Part shown: positions 36,901-46,859 of the stretch, in pieces
Layout: every line of letters begins with the position of its first letter
Position numbering within the stretch: the first letter of the stretch is position 1
Assembly: GCA_964406605.1 (NCBI GenBank)
Contig: CAYOSF010000004.1
Location: forward strand, 36,322 to 100,321
DNA: 64,000 nucleotides
DNA from: an uncultured Dehalococcoidia bacterium
Lineage (GTDB): Bacteria; Chloroflexota; Dehalococcoidia; DSTF01; RBG-16-68-14
Reading direction: 5' to 3'
Translations under genes and position numbers: made by a program
Notes under the pieces: generated by a model
Databases searched by the model: none
What the model was told of the DNA's origin: nothing
What the model saw: only the letters and a program-made list of their open reading frames with translations

Positions 36901-37836
36901 TCAGCTCCCGCCGGCCAAGAACTTGCGCGGCACCTCTCGCAGCATAACGTCGATGGTCTGATCGCTGACGCCCTCCTCGCGCAGGGCGGGCAGCGCCACC
37001 TTCGTGACGAAAAGGAAGCCGTCGGCGCTACCGGACTCCGGCTCGCCGCTTCCCGCCAGCACCGCGCCCGGAGCGTGGTCATGTCCCACCATCAGACGGT
37101 GCGCCCAGCCGCAGTCGAGGAGCGTCTTCAAGGTCGCGTTCCGCTGCTTCCAGTCCGGTCGAGGAGGACGTCCCGGGTAGCGGTCCATCGAGAGGTAAAC
37201 GCCGGTATCGAGCAACGACTCCAGGTAGGCCACGTCGGTGGTGTCCGCGCTGTGGCCGATGCAGACGCGGTCCATCGGCGCGCCCTCCTCCTGGAAGATC
37301 TCCACCTGTCGCCGGCCGACCTGGTCGGGCGCCCACTGGTGCGTGCTGATTGGGCAGCCGGTGCGCTTGAGCGCTCGGGCCGCCCCGCGCAGAATGAGCT
37401 CGCCTTCCGGCGTCACCCCCTGGGTATCGTTGGCCACCTTGATGACGCCCGCCTTGATCCCGGTGTCACCGATGCCCACTTCGATCTCGCGAACGAAGAT
37501 GTCCGCGATGGCATCGGGGTCGCGCCCCAGGAACGAGCGCGGCGGATCGAGCCAGATGCCCGTGGCGACGATGACGTTCACGCCGGAGGCCTTCGAAACC
37601 TCGGCGAAGAACTCGACGTCCCGCCCGAGATCCGGCGTGGTCAGGTCGATCACTGTGTCGATGCCGCCGGACTTGGCCTCGCTGAACTCGCGGACGATCT
37701 TCGTCTTGGTCTTCTCCCAGTCGAACAGCCACGGGTAGTGGTGGTTGTCGGCGCCCATGGACACGAGCACATGCTCGTGCGCGAGCGTGACGCCGAGGTC
37801 GGAGTCGGGTATCGGTCCCAGGGCCGTCTCTATCAT
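36901..37836 (-). CDS. Phosphotriesterase-family (PTE/PHP) metal-dependent hydrolase
   Basis: GVTLAHEHV…KxG…HxH blocks of the amidohydrolase PTE family. Start at MIETALGPIP. Confidence 0.7.
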   Translation of the reverse strand: MIETALGPIPDSDLGVTLAHEHVLVSMGADNHHYPWLFDWEKTKTKIVREFSEAKSGGIDTVIDLTTPDLGRDVEFFAEVSKASGVNVIVATGIWLDPPRSFLGRDPDAIADIFVREIEVGIGDTGIKAGVIKVANDTQGVTPEGELILRGAARALKRTGCPISTHQWAPDQVGRRQVEIFQEEGAPMDRVCIGHSADTTDVAYLESLLDTGVYLSMDRYPGRPPRPDWKQRNATLKTLLDCGWAHRLMVGHDHAPGAVLAGSGEPESGSADGFLFVTKVALPALREEGVSDQTIDVMLREVPRKFLAGGS

Positions 37837-38128
37837 TCCCACGTTCTTCCTCCTCATTGGGACGGTGGTCCACCGGCGGCAGGTCTTTCAGGCGGGACCG
37901 GGCAGCCGGCGGCATTCCAGCCGCCATATCCTACCGCCGGAGCAACGGCGAGGGCCAGCGGAGAACGGTGCGCCGGCCTACCACGAGGCGGCGAGGCTGG
38001 AGTATCCTTGCTGGTGCCCGGCAGTGCCCTCGCCCGTGTGGGCGCTTCGGGGGCAGCCGCATATCGATTCTCCGCCGCGGAATCGGGAGCGCGCCAGCGG
38101 GCCGCTCACTCGAAAGGAGCCCAATGCC

Positions 38129-39778
38129 ATGCGCAGCGACGCCGTGAAGGGACGCAGGTCCTTCTTCCTCGCCATGGGGAGGACGCGTGAGGAGATAGCC
38201 GGGCCTCTGGTAGCCGTGGTCAATTCCCAGAACGAGCTGGTCCCCGGCCACATCCATTTGAACGAGATCGCAGGCGCGGCCCGGGAGGGCGTGATCTCGG
38301 CGGGAGGCACGCCGTTCGAGTTCCCCAGCATCGCCATCTGCGACGGCCTGGCCATGGGCCACGCGGGCATGTGCTACCCGCTGGCGAGCCGCGAGCTGAT
38401 CGCGGATTCGGTCGAGGCGATGATGCTGTCCCATGCCCTGGACGCGATGGTGATGGTCAGCAACTGCGACAAGATCACGCCGGGCATGATGATGGCGATG
38501 GCGCGGCTGGACGTACCGTCGATACTCGTGAGCGGCGGACCGATGCTGGCGGGCTCCTTCCACGACCGGGCCATCGACGTGAGCAATCTGGCGGACCTGG
38601 CGGGCATGGAGCAGCGGGAGGAGCTGACGGCGGACGAGCGAGAGGACTTCCTGGGGGAGGCGGCGCCCACTTGCGGCTCTTGCGCCGGCCTGTTCACAGC
38701 CAACAGCATGAACTGCATGGCGGAGGCGCTGGGGCTGGCCCTGCCGGGCAACGGCACGATCCCCGCAGTCTACGGCAGGAGGCGGGAGCTGGCCAAGTAC
38801 GCGGGCCGGAGGGCGATGGAGGTGTTCGAAGAGGAGAGGACGCCGAGGAGCGTCCTTACCAGAGAGGCCTTCGAGAACGCGATCACCGTCGACATGGCGA
38901 TCGGCGGCTCCTCAAACACGATCCTACACCTGATGGCCATCGCGGCCGAGGCCGGCGTGGAGCTGGACCTGGATACTTTCGACGTCATCAGCCGGCGGAC
39001 GCCGCGGCTCTGCGACCTGAGCCCCGGCGGCCGGCACCACGTGGAGGACCTCTACCAGGCAGGGGGGATCCAGGCCGTGATGAAGGAGCTGGCACCGCGG
39101 GACCTGCTGCATCTGGAGGCGATGACGCTGAGCGGGCAGACGGTAGGCGAGATCGTCGAGGGCGCGCGCATCAGGCGGCGCGACGTGATCAGGGAGATCG
39201 ACGATCCGTACGACGCAGAGGGCGGCCTGGCCCTGCTCTACGGGAACCTGGCGCCGGCGGGCGCGGTGGTCAAGCAGGCGGCGGTGCGACCGGAGATGCT
39301 GAGGCACCGCGGCCCGGCCCGGGTGTTCGACATCGAGGAGGAGGCGGTGAGCGCGACCATGGGCGGCGCGATCGTGAGTGGAGACGTGGTGGTGATCCGC
39401 TACGAGGGGCCGAAGGGCGGGCCCGGCATGCGGGAGATGCTGATGGCCACTATGTCGATCGTCGCGCGGCAGCTCGACGGGGAGGTGGCGCTGATCACGG
39501 ACGGCCGGTTCTCGGGCGCGACGAAGGGGGCGGCGATCGGCCACATCTCACCAGAGGCGATGGAGGGAGGGCCGCTGGCCATCGTTGAGGAGGGCGACAT
39601 GATCGAATTCGACATCCCGGCCAGGACGCTCAACGTCGACCTGCCGCAATCCGAGATCGACAAGCGGCTTTCGGAGTGGTCGGCGCCTCCGCTGAAGCGG
39701 GAGGTGGCTTCCTACCTGAAGCGCTATTCGGCCCTGGTGACGTCGGCCAGCACTGGGGCAGTGCTGAGGCTGCCGTAG
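38129..39778 (+). CDS. ilvD: Dihydroxy-acid dehydratase
   Basis: MRSDAVKGRR…CDGLAMGH…SNCDKITPGM…full-length IlvD/EDD. AAAGGAG RBS at 38113-38119. Confidence 0.9.
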   Translation: MRSDAVKGRRSFFLAMGRTREEIAGPLVAVVNSQNELVPGHIHLNEIAGAAREGVISAGGTPFEFPSIAICDGLAMGHAGMCYPLASRELIADSVEAMMLSHALDAMVMVSNCDKITPGMMMAMARLDVPSILVSGGPMLAGSFHDRAIDVSNLADLAGMEQREELTADEREDFLGEAAPTCGSCAGLFTANSMNCMAEALGLALPGNGTIPAVYGRRRELAKYAGRRAMEVFEEERTPRSVLTREAFENAITVDMAIGGSSNTILHLMAIAAEAGVELDLDTFDVISRRTPRLCDLSPGGRHHVEDLYQAGGIQAVMKELAPRDLLHLEAMTLSGQTVGEIVEGARIRRRDVIREIDDPYDAEGGLALLYGNLAPAGAVVKQAAVRPEMLRHRGPARVFDIEEEAVSATMGGAIVSGDVVVIRYEGPKGGPGMREMLMATMSIVARQLDGEVALITDGRFSGATKGAAIGHISPEAMEGGPLAIVEEGDMIEFDIPARTLNVDLPQSEIDKRLSEWSAPPLKREVASYLKRYSALVTSASTGAVLRLP

Positions 39779-39845
39779 GGGGACGGGGCGCTGCATTGGG
39801 CATGGAATGATGGCGTCACGTGGCGGCAGAACGCTTGGGGAGTAA

Positions 39846-39957
39846 GGGGCCGGACTGGCTCCCCGAGCAGTCCTTCCCCGGAAGGAGAACCTGCAATCCT
39901 TCCCCGGAAGGACGGTTAATCCTTCCCTGGAAGGACCCGCTCTGGCGGGTGAGCGAT
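39846..39957. repeat. Family-2 repeat (tRNA-Asn 3'-half-like unit with two CCTTCCCCGGAAGGA palindromes)
   Basis: TGGCTCCCCGAGCAGTCCTTCCCCGGAAGGAGAACCTGCAATCCTTCCCCGGAAGGA…; compare tRNA-Asn 3' half TGGCTCCCCGAGCAGGACTCGAACCTGCAACC at 46860-46891. Confidence 0.75.
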
Positions 39958-40062
39958 GGGGAACTAGGGAGCCTGCGCTCCGGCCGTTGGGCGACTATGG
40001 TATCACGCGGCCTGTTACGCCGCGAACCACAGAACCTCTCCCCCACCGATCGCGGTCTCCAC

Positions 40063-41355
40063 CTAGCCCGCAAGACGCCCGGATTCCGATCTCAGACGGT
40101 TTGAGGGCGGGCTGGGCGAGCGGCCGTAAGCCGCGGATCCCGCGTCCCAAACGAAGACGGCGAATACTGCCGCTAAGACGGCGATGAGCGGGTCGAGTGG
40201 GAAGTGGTAGCGCGGGAAGGTCTCGAAGTAGCTGAACAGGAGCGTCCAGCCGAGAGCGGCGACGACCACTACTAGCCCTCCCCTGTTACGGCGCACGATC
40301 ACTAAGCCGAATCCTACCAACGCCGCCGCGCCCGCCACGAAGTAGAACGCATCCGCCAGGCGGCGCCAACCCCGCTCCTCCGCCGGCGTGAGCGGCTGTT
40401 CGTAGCCCGGCACGGTCGCCCCGCCCCCCGGACCCTTCTGGATCATGCGGATCCCATCGGCGTCCGTCCGGTACAGGTTTTGGAGGCGCCGCCCAACCGT
40501 GGTCGGGACCTCCCAGGGATGGGTAATCTGATAGCGGAGGCCGGTGGGCAGCGGCAACGGGTCGCCTTCGCCGATACCGATCCCGTGCCTGTCTGGATCG
40601 AGGGAAGTCGCGATCACGTCACCCGTCCCGCTTCGGAGCGGAATGAATGCGTGGAGTTCAACCGGGTTGCGGACGGTCCAGGGCGTAAGCGCCAGTACGA
40701 CGCCTAGCGCCAGGAGTGCCCCATATCGGGCGACCGTCCGCCACGGGCGTACCGTGATGGCCCAGAGCGCGAGCAGCACTACGGCGAGGAACACACCTTC
40801 GGACCGGACCATGCCCGCCATACCGGTGAGGAGTCCGAGGACGAACACCTGCCACCACAGGGCTTCGCGGCGTTCGACCGTCCAGACGAATGCGAGGAAG
40901 AGGACTAGGAGGAAGACCATCGCGAACATGGTCTCCGTCAACACCAGAGTGGAGAAATATATCTGGCCCGGGAAGAGGGCGAGGATCAGTGCACCCAGCA
41001 GCGCGACCCGGCGATCGAAGGCTCGACGAGCGAATAGGTAGGCGAGGGCAATGGTTGCGGCGGCGAATGCGATGTTCAGCACTTTCGCGACCGTGACATG
41101 GAACCCGAACAGCTTGTAGAAGGCGGCCAGGGTTGCGGTGTAGGCGGGCGCCCAGCGAGCGGTGACACCTAGCCCGTAGGGGGAGACGTACCCCTCCCCA
41201 CGGGCGAGCAAGTGCGCGACGTTGTGATACGCCACGCTGTCGTCGAAGCGGCCGTCGTTCGGGTCGACGTTGACATGAACCACCCAGAGGATGCGCAGCA
41301 CGACGGCGGCGAGGATCAACGCCGCGAACCAGGGAAGCTCCGCTCTTGTCAACAT
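40063..41355 (-). CDS. Membrane glycosyltransferase, GT39/ArnT/PMT-like
   Basis: More than 10 TM helices. DPNDGRFDDSVAYHNVAHLLARGEGY loop typical of ArnT/PMT-family transferases. Start at MLTRAELPWFAAL. Confidence 0.6.
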   Translation of the reverse strand: MLTRAELPWFAALILAAVVLRILWVVHVNVDPNDGRFDDSVAYHNVAHLLARGEGYVSPYGLGVTARWAPAYTATLAAFYKLFGFHVTVAKVLNIAFAAATIALAYLFARRAFDRRVALLGALILALFPGQIYFSTLVLTETMFAMVFLLVLFLAFVWTVERREALWWQVFVLGLLTGMAGMVRSEGVFLAVVLLALWAITVRPWRTVARYGALLALGVVLALTPWTVRNPVELHAFIPLRSGTGDVIATSLDPDRHGIGIGEGDPLPLPTGLRYQITHPWEVPTTVGRRLQNLYRTDADGIRMIQKGPGGGATVPGYEQPLTPAEERGWRRLADAFYFVAGAAALVGFGLVIVRRNRGGLVVVVAALGWTLLFSYFETFPRYHFPLDPLIAVLAAVFAVFVWDAGSAAYGRSPSPPSNRLRSESGRLAG

Positions 41356-41835
41356 GGAGGGGTGTGCCGGCTCCCACAGCCTGCCGACGCAGTCCACGCC
41401 GGCAGCGGCGGCGCGCTCATGGGCCGGTAGTTCTACAGGTACCGGCAAGTCGAAACCGAACACTCGACCACAGGCCACGCATCGAACTTGCATAGCAGCG
41501 CCGTCCTAACACAATCCGTGGGTGAGTGGCGGTGGCCTCCCCATCACGGTTGGAATAGTAGCACCAGGGGGCGCTTGTTGCGGAGAGGTAATCGTTCACG
41601 CGCTCGATGGACGCCGATCACGGCGGTGCCTAGGCCCTCGCTGCCCGGGTCGGGAGGTGCATGCCAACACGAAGGAAGTGACCCGTGGAGGGGAGCGTGA
41701 ACGATGATAACGTCCCACAACGATTCTCTGGTGCAGCCCGAATCGTGCCGACTCCTCACGCTCTCCGTGCCTGAGGAGTTCCACGTCCCCGTCGTCTTCC
41801 CCAGCCGTCGAATACCCGGGGCGGGATCGGGCGTC

Positions 41836-42372
41836 ATGGGCCAAATGCGGCGGCCCGACCTGTCGGTACACATCAGTCTTGGCGTGCTTTGGGCTTCGTC
41901 ACGGCCCTCCTCAGCCGCTCTTTGGCACGAGCTGCTTTGCGTCTGCTACCACGAGTTCGGCCACGTAGCCACGTTCTGGGCACAAGGCTATGTCTCAGTG
42001 GGCGAGTATGTGGTTTGCGGTGATGGCTGCCGCCGGGCTGAGCGAGCAGAAGGGTTGGTCCTAATGCCGAAATCCTCGCTCCGCTCGCTCGTGATTGCCA
42101 ACAATTGCGGATGCACACGCAGCACCCGTCGAATCCGTCAACTGCTCAGATCAACATTGACAACTAATGCTTGGTGTGTTGCCACCGAGACCTCCTCTGC
42201 TGACCTCAGAGCATGCTCATCTGGGGGGCTGGTGGTGGTTCAGGTGCCGAATCCGCGGGTGTTGAGTCTGGTGTTAGCTGTTGGCTCCCCGAGCATCCTT
42301 CCCCGGAAGGAGAACCTGCAATCCATCCCCGGAAGGACCCGCTCTACTGGTTGGTGGGTCTTCTGCGTCTGA
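41836..42372 (+). CDS. Possible degraded HExxH-motif ORF (YHEFGH), lower GC, 3' end replaced by family-2 repeat
   Basis: Only support: HEFGH motif, a local GC drop, and no better ORF in 41500-42280. Composition is odd (Cys/Ser-rich). Confidence 0.2.
   Translation: MGQMRRPDLSVHISLGVLWASSRPSSAALWHELLCVCYHEFGHVATFWAQGYVSVGEYVVCGDGCRRAERAEGLVLMPKSSLRSLVIANNCGCTRSTRRIRQLLRSTLTTNAWCVATETSSADLRACSSGGLVVVQVPNPRVLSLVLAVGSPSILPRKENLQSIPGRTRSTGWWVFCV
42284..42350. repeat. Family-2 repeat unit
   Basis: TGGCTCCCCGAGCATCCTTCCCCGGAAGGAGAACCTGCAATCCATCCCCGGAAGGACCCGCTCTACTGG. Confidence 0.8.
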
Positions 42373-42601
42373 GGCGTTCGCGCAATTCCTGGTTCGCTCT
42401 GCCTCGCTTGAGTTCTCGCTCCCGGCGCATGGCGGCGGTCCGGGTAGGGAACTCCTCAGAGTACACCAACTGCCAGGGGCCTCGCGTGGCCGTCCACTTG
42501 GCCTGTCCCTCAGCATGCTCGGTCAAGCGCCGGGCCAGGTCTCTGGTGCTTCCGACGTACAATCGTCCTTCCGGGTTCTGCAACACGTAGACAGAGAACA
42601 A
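42344..42601 (-). CDS. GIY-YIG nuclease-family small protein
   Basis: FSVYVLQNPEGRLYVGSTRDLARRLTEHAEG…WQLVYSEEFPTRTAAMRRERELK. Start set at the TTG at 42601 because the longer ORF N-terminus is encoded by the repeat array. Confidence 0.6.
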   Translation of the reverse strand: MFSVYVLQNPEGRLYVGSTRDLARRLTEHAEGQAKWTATRGPWQLVYSEEFPTRTAAMRRERELKRGRANQELRERLRRRRPTNQ

Positions 42602-42622
42602 GAACGCCCCTTGACTCCGGAA

Positions 42623-42895
42623 AGCGGACTGGCTCCGCGAGCGTCCTTCCCTGGAAGGAGAACCTGCAACCCAGCGCTCGATCTTTCGCTGGAAGGACCT
42701 GCTCTGTGGTTGAGTAACTGGCTCCCCGAGCATCCTTCCCCGGAAGGACCCGCTCTATGGTTTGGTGGACTGGCTCCCCGAGCATCCTTCCCCGGAAGGA
42801 GAACCGGCAACCCAGCGGTGAATCCTTCCCCGGAAGGACCCGCTCTATGGTTTGGCGAAATGGCTCCCCGCGCCGGGGTAAAATCCGAACTTTTC
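42623..42895. repeat. Tandem array (~3.5 units) of family-2 repeats
   Basis: Units beginning CTGGCTCCCCGAGCATCCTTCCCCGGAAGGA…, in long (~90 bp) and short (~50 bp) forms. Confidence 0.85.
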
Positions 42896-43016
42896 TGACC
42901 TTCACCCTCCTCGCCGCCGCTGACCGCTGCAAGCGCCCCGCGCGCTGGCAGGCGGTCTTGAGTCTTTCGCCGGTTGATCGACGAAATGAACCCCTCGCCG
43001 GTCTCAGGGATATATA

Positions 43017-43610
43017 TTGAAGTGGCGAAAGAAGGTCGTTGTGGCAGAATCCGACATGATTCGCCGGGCGAAGGAAGGGGACCGGGCAGCGCTGTCCGAG
43101 CTGCTGGCCACCTATCGCGACCAGGCCTATCGGCTCGCCCTCCATATCGTTCGCAACCCAAATGATGCGGAAGACGCCACTCAAAACGCCTTCGTCCGTG
43201 CCTTTACCCACCTCGATCGCTTCGACGAGAGCCGGCCCCTTTCGCCGTGGCTGCTGCGCATCGTCGTCCGCGAGGCCCTAAAGCTCTTGCGGGCGGAGAA
43301 GGTTAGATTCGCGTTTTCGCAGCGGCAAATCCAAGTCCGAGAGATAGAAGAAACGGTGGAGTCAGCGGTAATGGTCAGGGCGGAGCACAAAGACCTGTGG
43401 CGCGCCGTAAACCGGCTAGGGAATAAGCACCGACTGGTGTTGACGCTCAGCTATCTTATGGAGATGGCCGAGGCAGAGGTGGCGCAGGTGTTGGGCATCA
43501 GGCGCGGCACGGTGAAGTCGAGAAAGCACAACGCCCTAGTTCGTCTGCGCGCACTCGTGGAACGGGAATTTCCGGACCTGCAGCCGATGGTGCTGGGGGC
43601 CCCCCAATGA
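43017..43610 (+). CDS. ECF-subfamily RNA polymerase sigma factor
   Basis: Region 2 (…DAEDATQNAFVRAF…) and region 4 (…AEVAQVLGIRRGTVKSR…). Confidence 0.8.
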   Translation: MKWRKKVVVAESDMIRRAKEGDRAALSELLATYRDQAYRLALHIVRNPNDAEDATQNAFVRAFTHLDRFDESRPLSPWLLRIVVREALKLLRAEKVRFAFSQRQIQVREIEETVESAVMVRAEHKDLWRAVNRLGNKHRLVLTLSYLMEMAEAEVAQVLGIRRGTVKSRKHNALVRLRALVEREFPDLQPMVLGAPQ

Positions 43611-45181
43611 GACAGTACAGCGAATTGGACCGCCTGGAGGCGGCACTGGTAGAGATGGGCCAGGGCATGAGCTACGCGGCTACGCCGAACTTCGAGCCGA
43701 AGGTGCTGGCGGCTCTGGAGCGAGCACGCGGCGCGCGGCCGCGGCTTGTCACAGGCCTTCGGGTCGTGACCCCGCGCGTGATCCTCATCATCGCCCTGTC
43801 GCTGGCGCTGCTGGCCGCCGTGGCCGCCAGCGCTTACTACGTCAGCGTGCGGGTCGGCTTTATGCCCGGCGTCGGGTTCGTCGAACTCGACGAGACCCTG
43901 ATTCTCGCCGAGCCTGTCGCGGTTGAACAGGGTGGGCTGACCGTGCAGGTGAACCAGGTGGTCGCCAATCCTGAAGGGACGCGGATCCAGTACTCGATCT
44001 CGCCATTCTTCCCGCTTCCGGACGAGGGGCAGGCGATTAACCCGTATAACCTGCCTGTTGACCCTGACCTCCCATACGAGCCCAAACTGCTGCTTCCCGA
44101 CGGGAGGGTGTTGTCTGAAAACGGCGGGGGTGTGGGTTTCATGAACTCCGACGACCCCAGCGACCTCCGACCGGGGTTCGTAATGACAGGGGGGCATATC
44201 GACTTTGCTGCCCTTCCCAAAGGCGCCCACGACGTTACCTTGATCCTGAACTGCATCCCGGTTCAGCCGGGGGACATTGGCCCTGTACCTATGGGGACCC
44301 GCGCGCCGCAGCCCTGCATCCCAGGCGAGTGGCGGGTCGCCCTCCGGCTCGTCCCGGCCACAGAGGGGCGTTTCTCCCTTTCCCAGCCTTACGATCCGCA
44401 GGTCAGCGCGAGCGCCGATGGCGTGACCATGCGCGTGCAGCAGGTGGCGCATAACGACCAGGAAACCGCCGTCGAGCTGCAGTTCGAGTGGGACAACCCG
44501 GCCTGGCTGTATCCGGGTTCTGTGTACACTTCGGATTTGCAGGACGAACTTGGTCATCAATATTTACAAATCGGGAACAAAAAGGGTGGGATGACCGAGA
44601 TCGGTTGTGTTTGGTGCGCAAATGTCGTCACGCGAGACACGCCCGGCGGGCAGGTGATGTCCGAAGTGCAAACGCTTGCTTTTGCCCCCGTTTCCCACCA
44701 GGCCAGGGAGGTGACCCTCACGGTTGAAGCCCTCACATTTGTCGTGCCAGCCAGCGACGAGTTTTCGATTGACCTGGGTCCTGATCCGCAGGTCGGGCAG
44801 ACCTGGACCTTAGACCAGATCTTGCAGGTGGTCGGATACGAAGTCCACCTGTTCGGGGCGCGCCTAACCAAGAAAGATGGCTTGTTCTCGCTGGAACTCT
44901 TCTTCAAACTCAAAACAGAAGAGCCAACCGATTCCTACCTGAATGATTTTTCTGCTCATCCATTGAATGCACGGTTTTTCCAGTTGGGGGGCTGTGCGGA
45001 AGCAGACCAAACGCGCTGCATGCCGGGATGGGCGAGGGAAGCCGCCGCTGGGCATCGCGGGATCATGCTGTCTATCGAAACAGACGAGATGCCGCGCGGG
45101 CGGCAATCATTCGTCATCGGTGAGGCGACGATCGGGTTGCGCGGCCCCTGGCAGGTCACCTGGCCGATTCCCAGCCCCTGA
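43607..45181 (+). CDS. Membrane anti-sigma factor (N-terminal cytoplasmic domain, one TM, large extracytoplasmic domain)
   Basis: ATGA overlap with the sigma gene. TM at VILIIALSLALLAAVAASAYYV. Typical sigma/anti-sigma pairing. Confidence 0.65.
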   Translation: MRQYSELDRLEAALVEMGQGMSYAATPNFEPKVLAALERARGARPRLVTGLRVVTPRVILIIALSLALLAAVAASAYYVSVRVGFMPGVGFVELDETLILAEPVAVEQGGLTVQVNQVVANPEGTRIQYSISPFFPLPDEGQAINPYNLPVDPDLPYEPKLLLPDGRVLSENGGGVGFMNSDDPSDLRPGFVMTGGHIDFAALPKGAHDVTLILNCIPVQPGDIGPVPMGTRAPQPCIPGEWRVALRLVPATEGRFSLSQPYDPQVSASADGVTMRVQQVAHNDQETAVELQFEWDNPAWLYPGSVYTSDLQDELGHQYLQIGNKKGGMTEIGCVWCANVVTRDTPGGQVMSEVQTLAFAPVSHQAREVTLTVEALTFVVPASDEFSIDLGPDPQVGQTWTLDQILQVVGYEVHLFGARLTKKDGLFSLELFFKLKTEEPTDSYLNDFSAHPLNARFFQLGGCAEADQTRCMPGWAREAAAGHRGIMLSIETDEMPRGRQSFVIGEATIGLRGPWQVTWPIPSP

Positions 45182-45232
45182 TTACGGCGCTGCAATCCGA
45201 CGACGCACGGTTCACACAGCAAGGAGGTTCAC

Positions 45233-45845
45233 GATGAAAATGGCAGTCCGGCCGCTAAGGCTATTCGTGCCTGCAGCGGTCATCCTATCCCTGGCGGCCT
45301 TCGTGCTCGCCACACCCGCGGTGGCGACACACGGGCAGCCGGAGAAGCAGCTTCCGTTCCAACTTGTGCAGACGGGGTCGGGCATCGTCGAGTTGGCCCC
45401 GGGGTTTCCGTTCGAGCGCAGCACCGTCGGCGGGCGCTGTTCCGTCCCCTCCGACGCCCTCAGCAGTTGGGACTACACGGGTACAGCGACCCACCTCGGC
45501 TCGTTCACCGCTGAAGCCAGCCACTGCTCGCTGCTGGACCTGGCAGCCGGCGTCGGCACCTTTGGTGACGGCGTGTACACGGCCACGGCGGCGAACGGCG
45601 ACACGTTCACGTACACGTACGACAACGGGTTGACGGCATTCCACCCGGACGGAACGATCACGTATACCGGTGATGCGACGATCACGGGCGGAACCGGTCG
45701 CTTCGCCGGTGCGACGGGCGAGATCCTCGAGGTCAGCGGGACAGTGTTGGAGTCCGACATGACGGTGACGCCGTGGGTGGTGACGGTCGCCGAGACGCTC
45801 GGTGGCTGGATCGCCTGCGACGCGTCGCAGAGAAGCGGACCGTAG
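45233..45845 (+). CDS. Secreted hypothetical protein (signal peptide)
   Basis: MKMAVRPLRLFVPAAVILSLAAFVLATPAVA signal. AAGGAGG RBS at 45219-45225. Confidence 0.5.
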
Positions 45846-45914
45846 CAGGCGATGTTCGGTACGGGCAAGGCGCAGGTGCAAGAATGGCGGCGGCGGGCCG
45901 CGAGGAGGAATGAC

Positions 45915-46367
45915 ATGCCAGTGCGATGGGCCTTGGCCATGGCCATGGCGATCAGTATGCTTCTGCTAGTCGCTTCCTGCGGCGGGGGTGACGGTGGCGC
46001 CGATACCCGCGCAGTGGTCGAGCGAGCCATGGCCGCCTACAGGGAACGCGACGCCGCCGCGTACGCCGCTCTTTTTGCGATTGACGGCAGAATGGACGAT
46101 TTCAGCGCAGTCGGGGACCACGTGCAGGGTCGCGACAAGGTCGAGCACCTGTACCGGCAGTGGTTTTCCATCGTTGTGCCGGCGGACCACACCTCGGAAT
46201 ACAAGATATTGATGGCCGACGAGCATATGGCGATCGTGCAGGTGTCGGACGAGTGGTCCGAAAACGGAAAGACGCTGCGCTTGGAAGGCATCACAGTCTA
46301 CGAGGTCGAGGACGGCGAGATCGTCCGCGAGGCTGACTACTACGACTCGGAGCCCGTGGAGCGTTGA
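45915..46367 (+). CDS. Lipoprotein with SnoaL/NTF2-like fold
   Basis: Lipobox LLLVASC. Ketosteroid-isomerase-like layout. GGAGGA RBS. Confidence 0.5.
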   Translation: MPVRWALAMAMAISMLLLVASCGGGDGGADTRAVVERAMAAYRERDAAAYAALFAIDGRMDDFSAVGDHVQGRDKVEHLYRQWFSIVVPADHTSEYKILMADEHMAIVQVSDEWSENGKTLRLEGITVYEVEDGEIVREADYYDSEPVER

Positions 46368-46859
46368 CTCCCCTAGCAGGGGAGAGCTCGAAGGTCGGTG
46401 GTCTGTCTAGCTGAGGGTTGGACGCAGCGCGTTCTGTACGGTCGGCTGCAGAGCCTGGGGTACGAGGTTGCGTTCCACGACCTTCCGGACTCCCGCCACG
46501 GCCTTTTCAGCGAGGCGGCTCTTCAGGTCGCCGTCGACGCGATCAACCGCCCGGATAGCGACGGGGAAATGTGGAAGCCCCGAGCCTGAATGGGGAAACA
46601 CTCGGTGACGTGGCTCCGTTCCTACCCGTGAGATCGGCGACCTGCGCGTTGTTCGGCCTACTCCTTAACATCGTGGTCGCGTTCTACGCTGGCTCACGAT
46701 CGGTCCGCTATCATTTCGGCGTCTTCAGGCACCGGCGCAGGGTCCGCGCGGCTGCTATGATTTCTTTCTTCATGGAAGGGCTCTATTACTTTCGGACGCA
46801 TGTTTGGGATCAAAGCGGAATGCAGTGGCCAGTCGAGCATCAGCACATATGTTTCATGT

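Noticed and set aside
37075-39588. Long plus-strand ORFs 37075..38190 and 38371..39588
   Set aside because: The first is antisense to the phosphotriesterase-family gene. The second is an alternative frame inside ilvD, which has unambiguous full-length homology.
42602-42733. N-terminal extension of the GIY-YIG ORF (ATG at 42733)
   Set aside because: Encoded by the family-2 repeat array. The conserved GIY-YIG domain starts right after an in-frame TTG at 42601.
42623-42895. Possible CRISPR array
   Set aside because: Units are ~50-90 bp, tRNA-derived and contiguous without unique spacers. Classified as tandem family-2 repeats.
46398-46589. 63-aa plus ORF between the lipoprotein gene and tRNA-Asn
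   Set aside because: Short, no RBS or motif, and overlapped by an equally weak minus ORF. Left unannotated.
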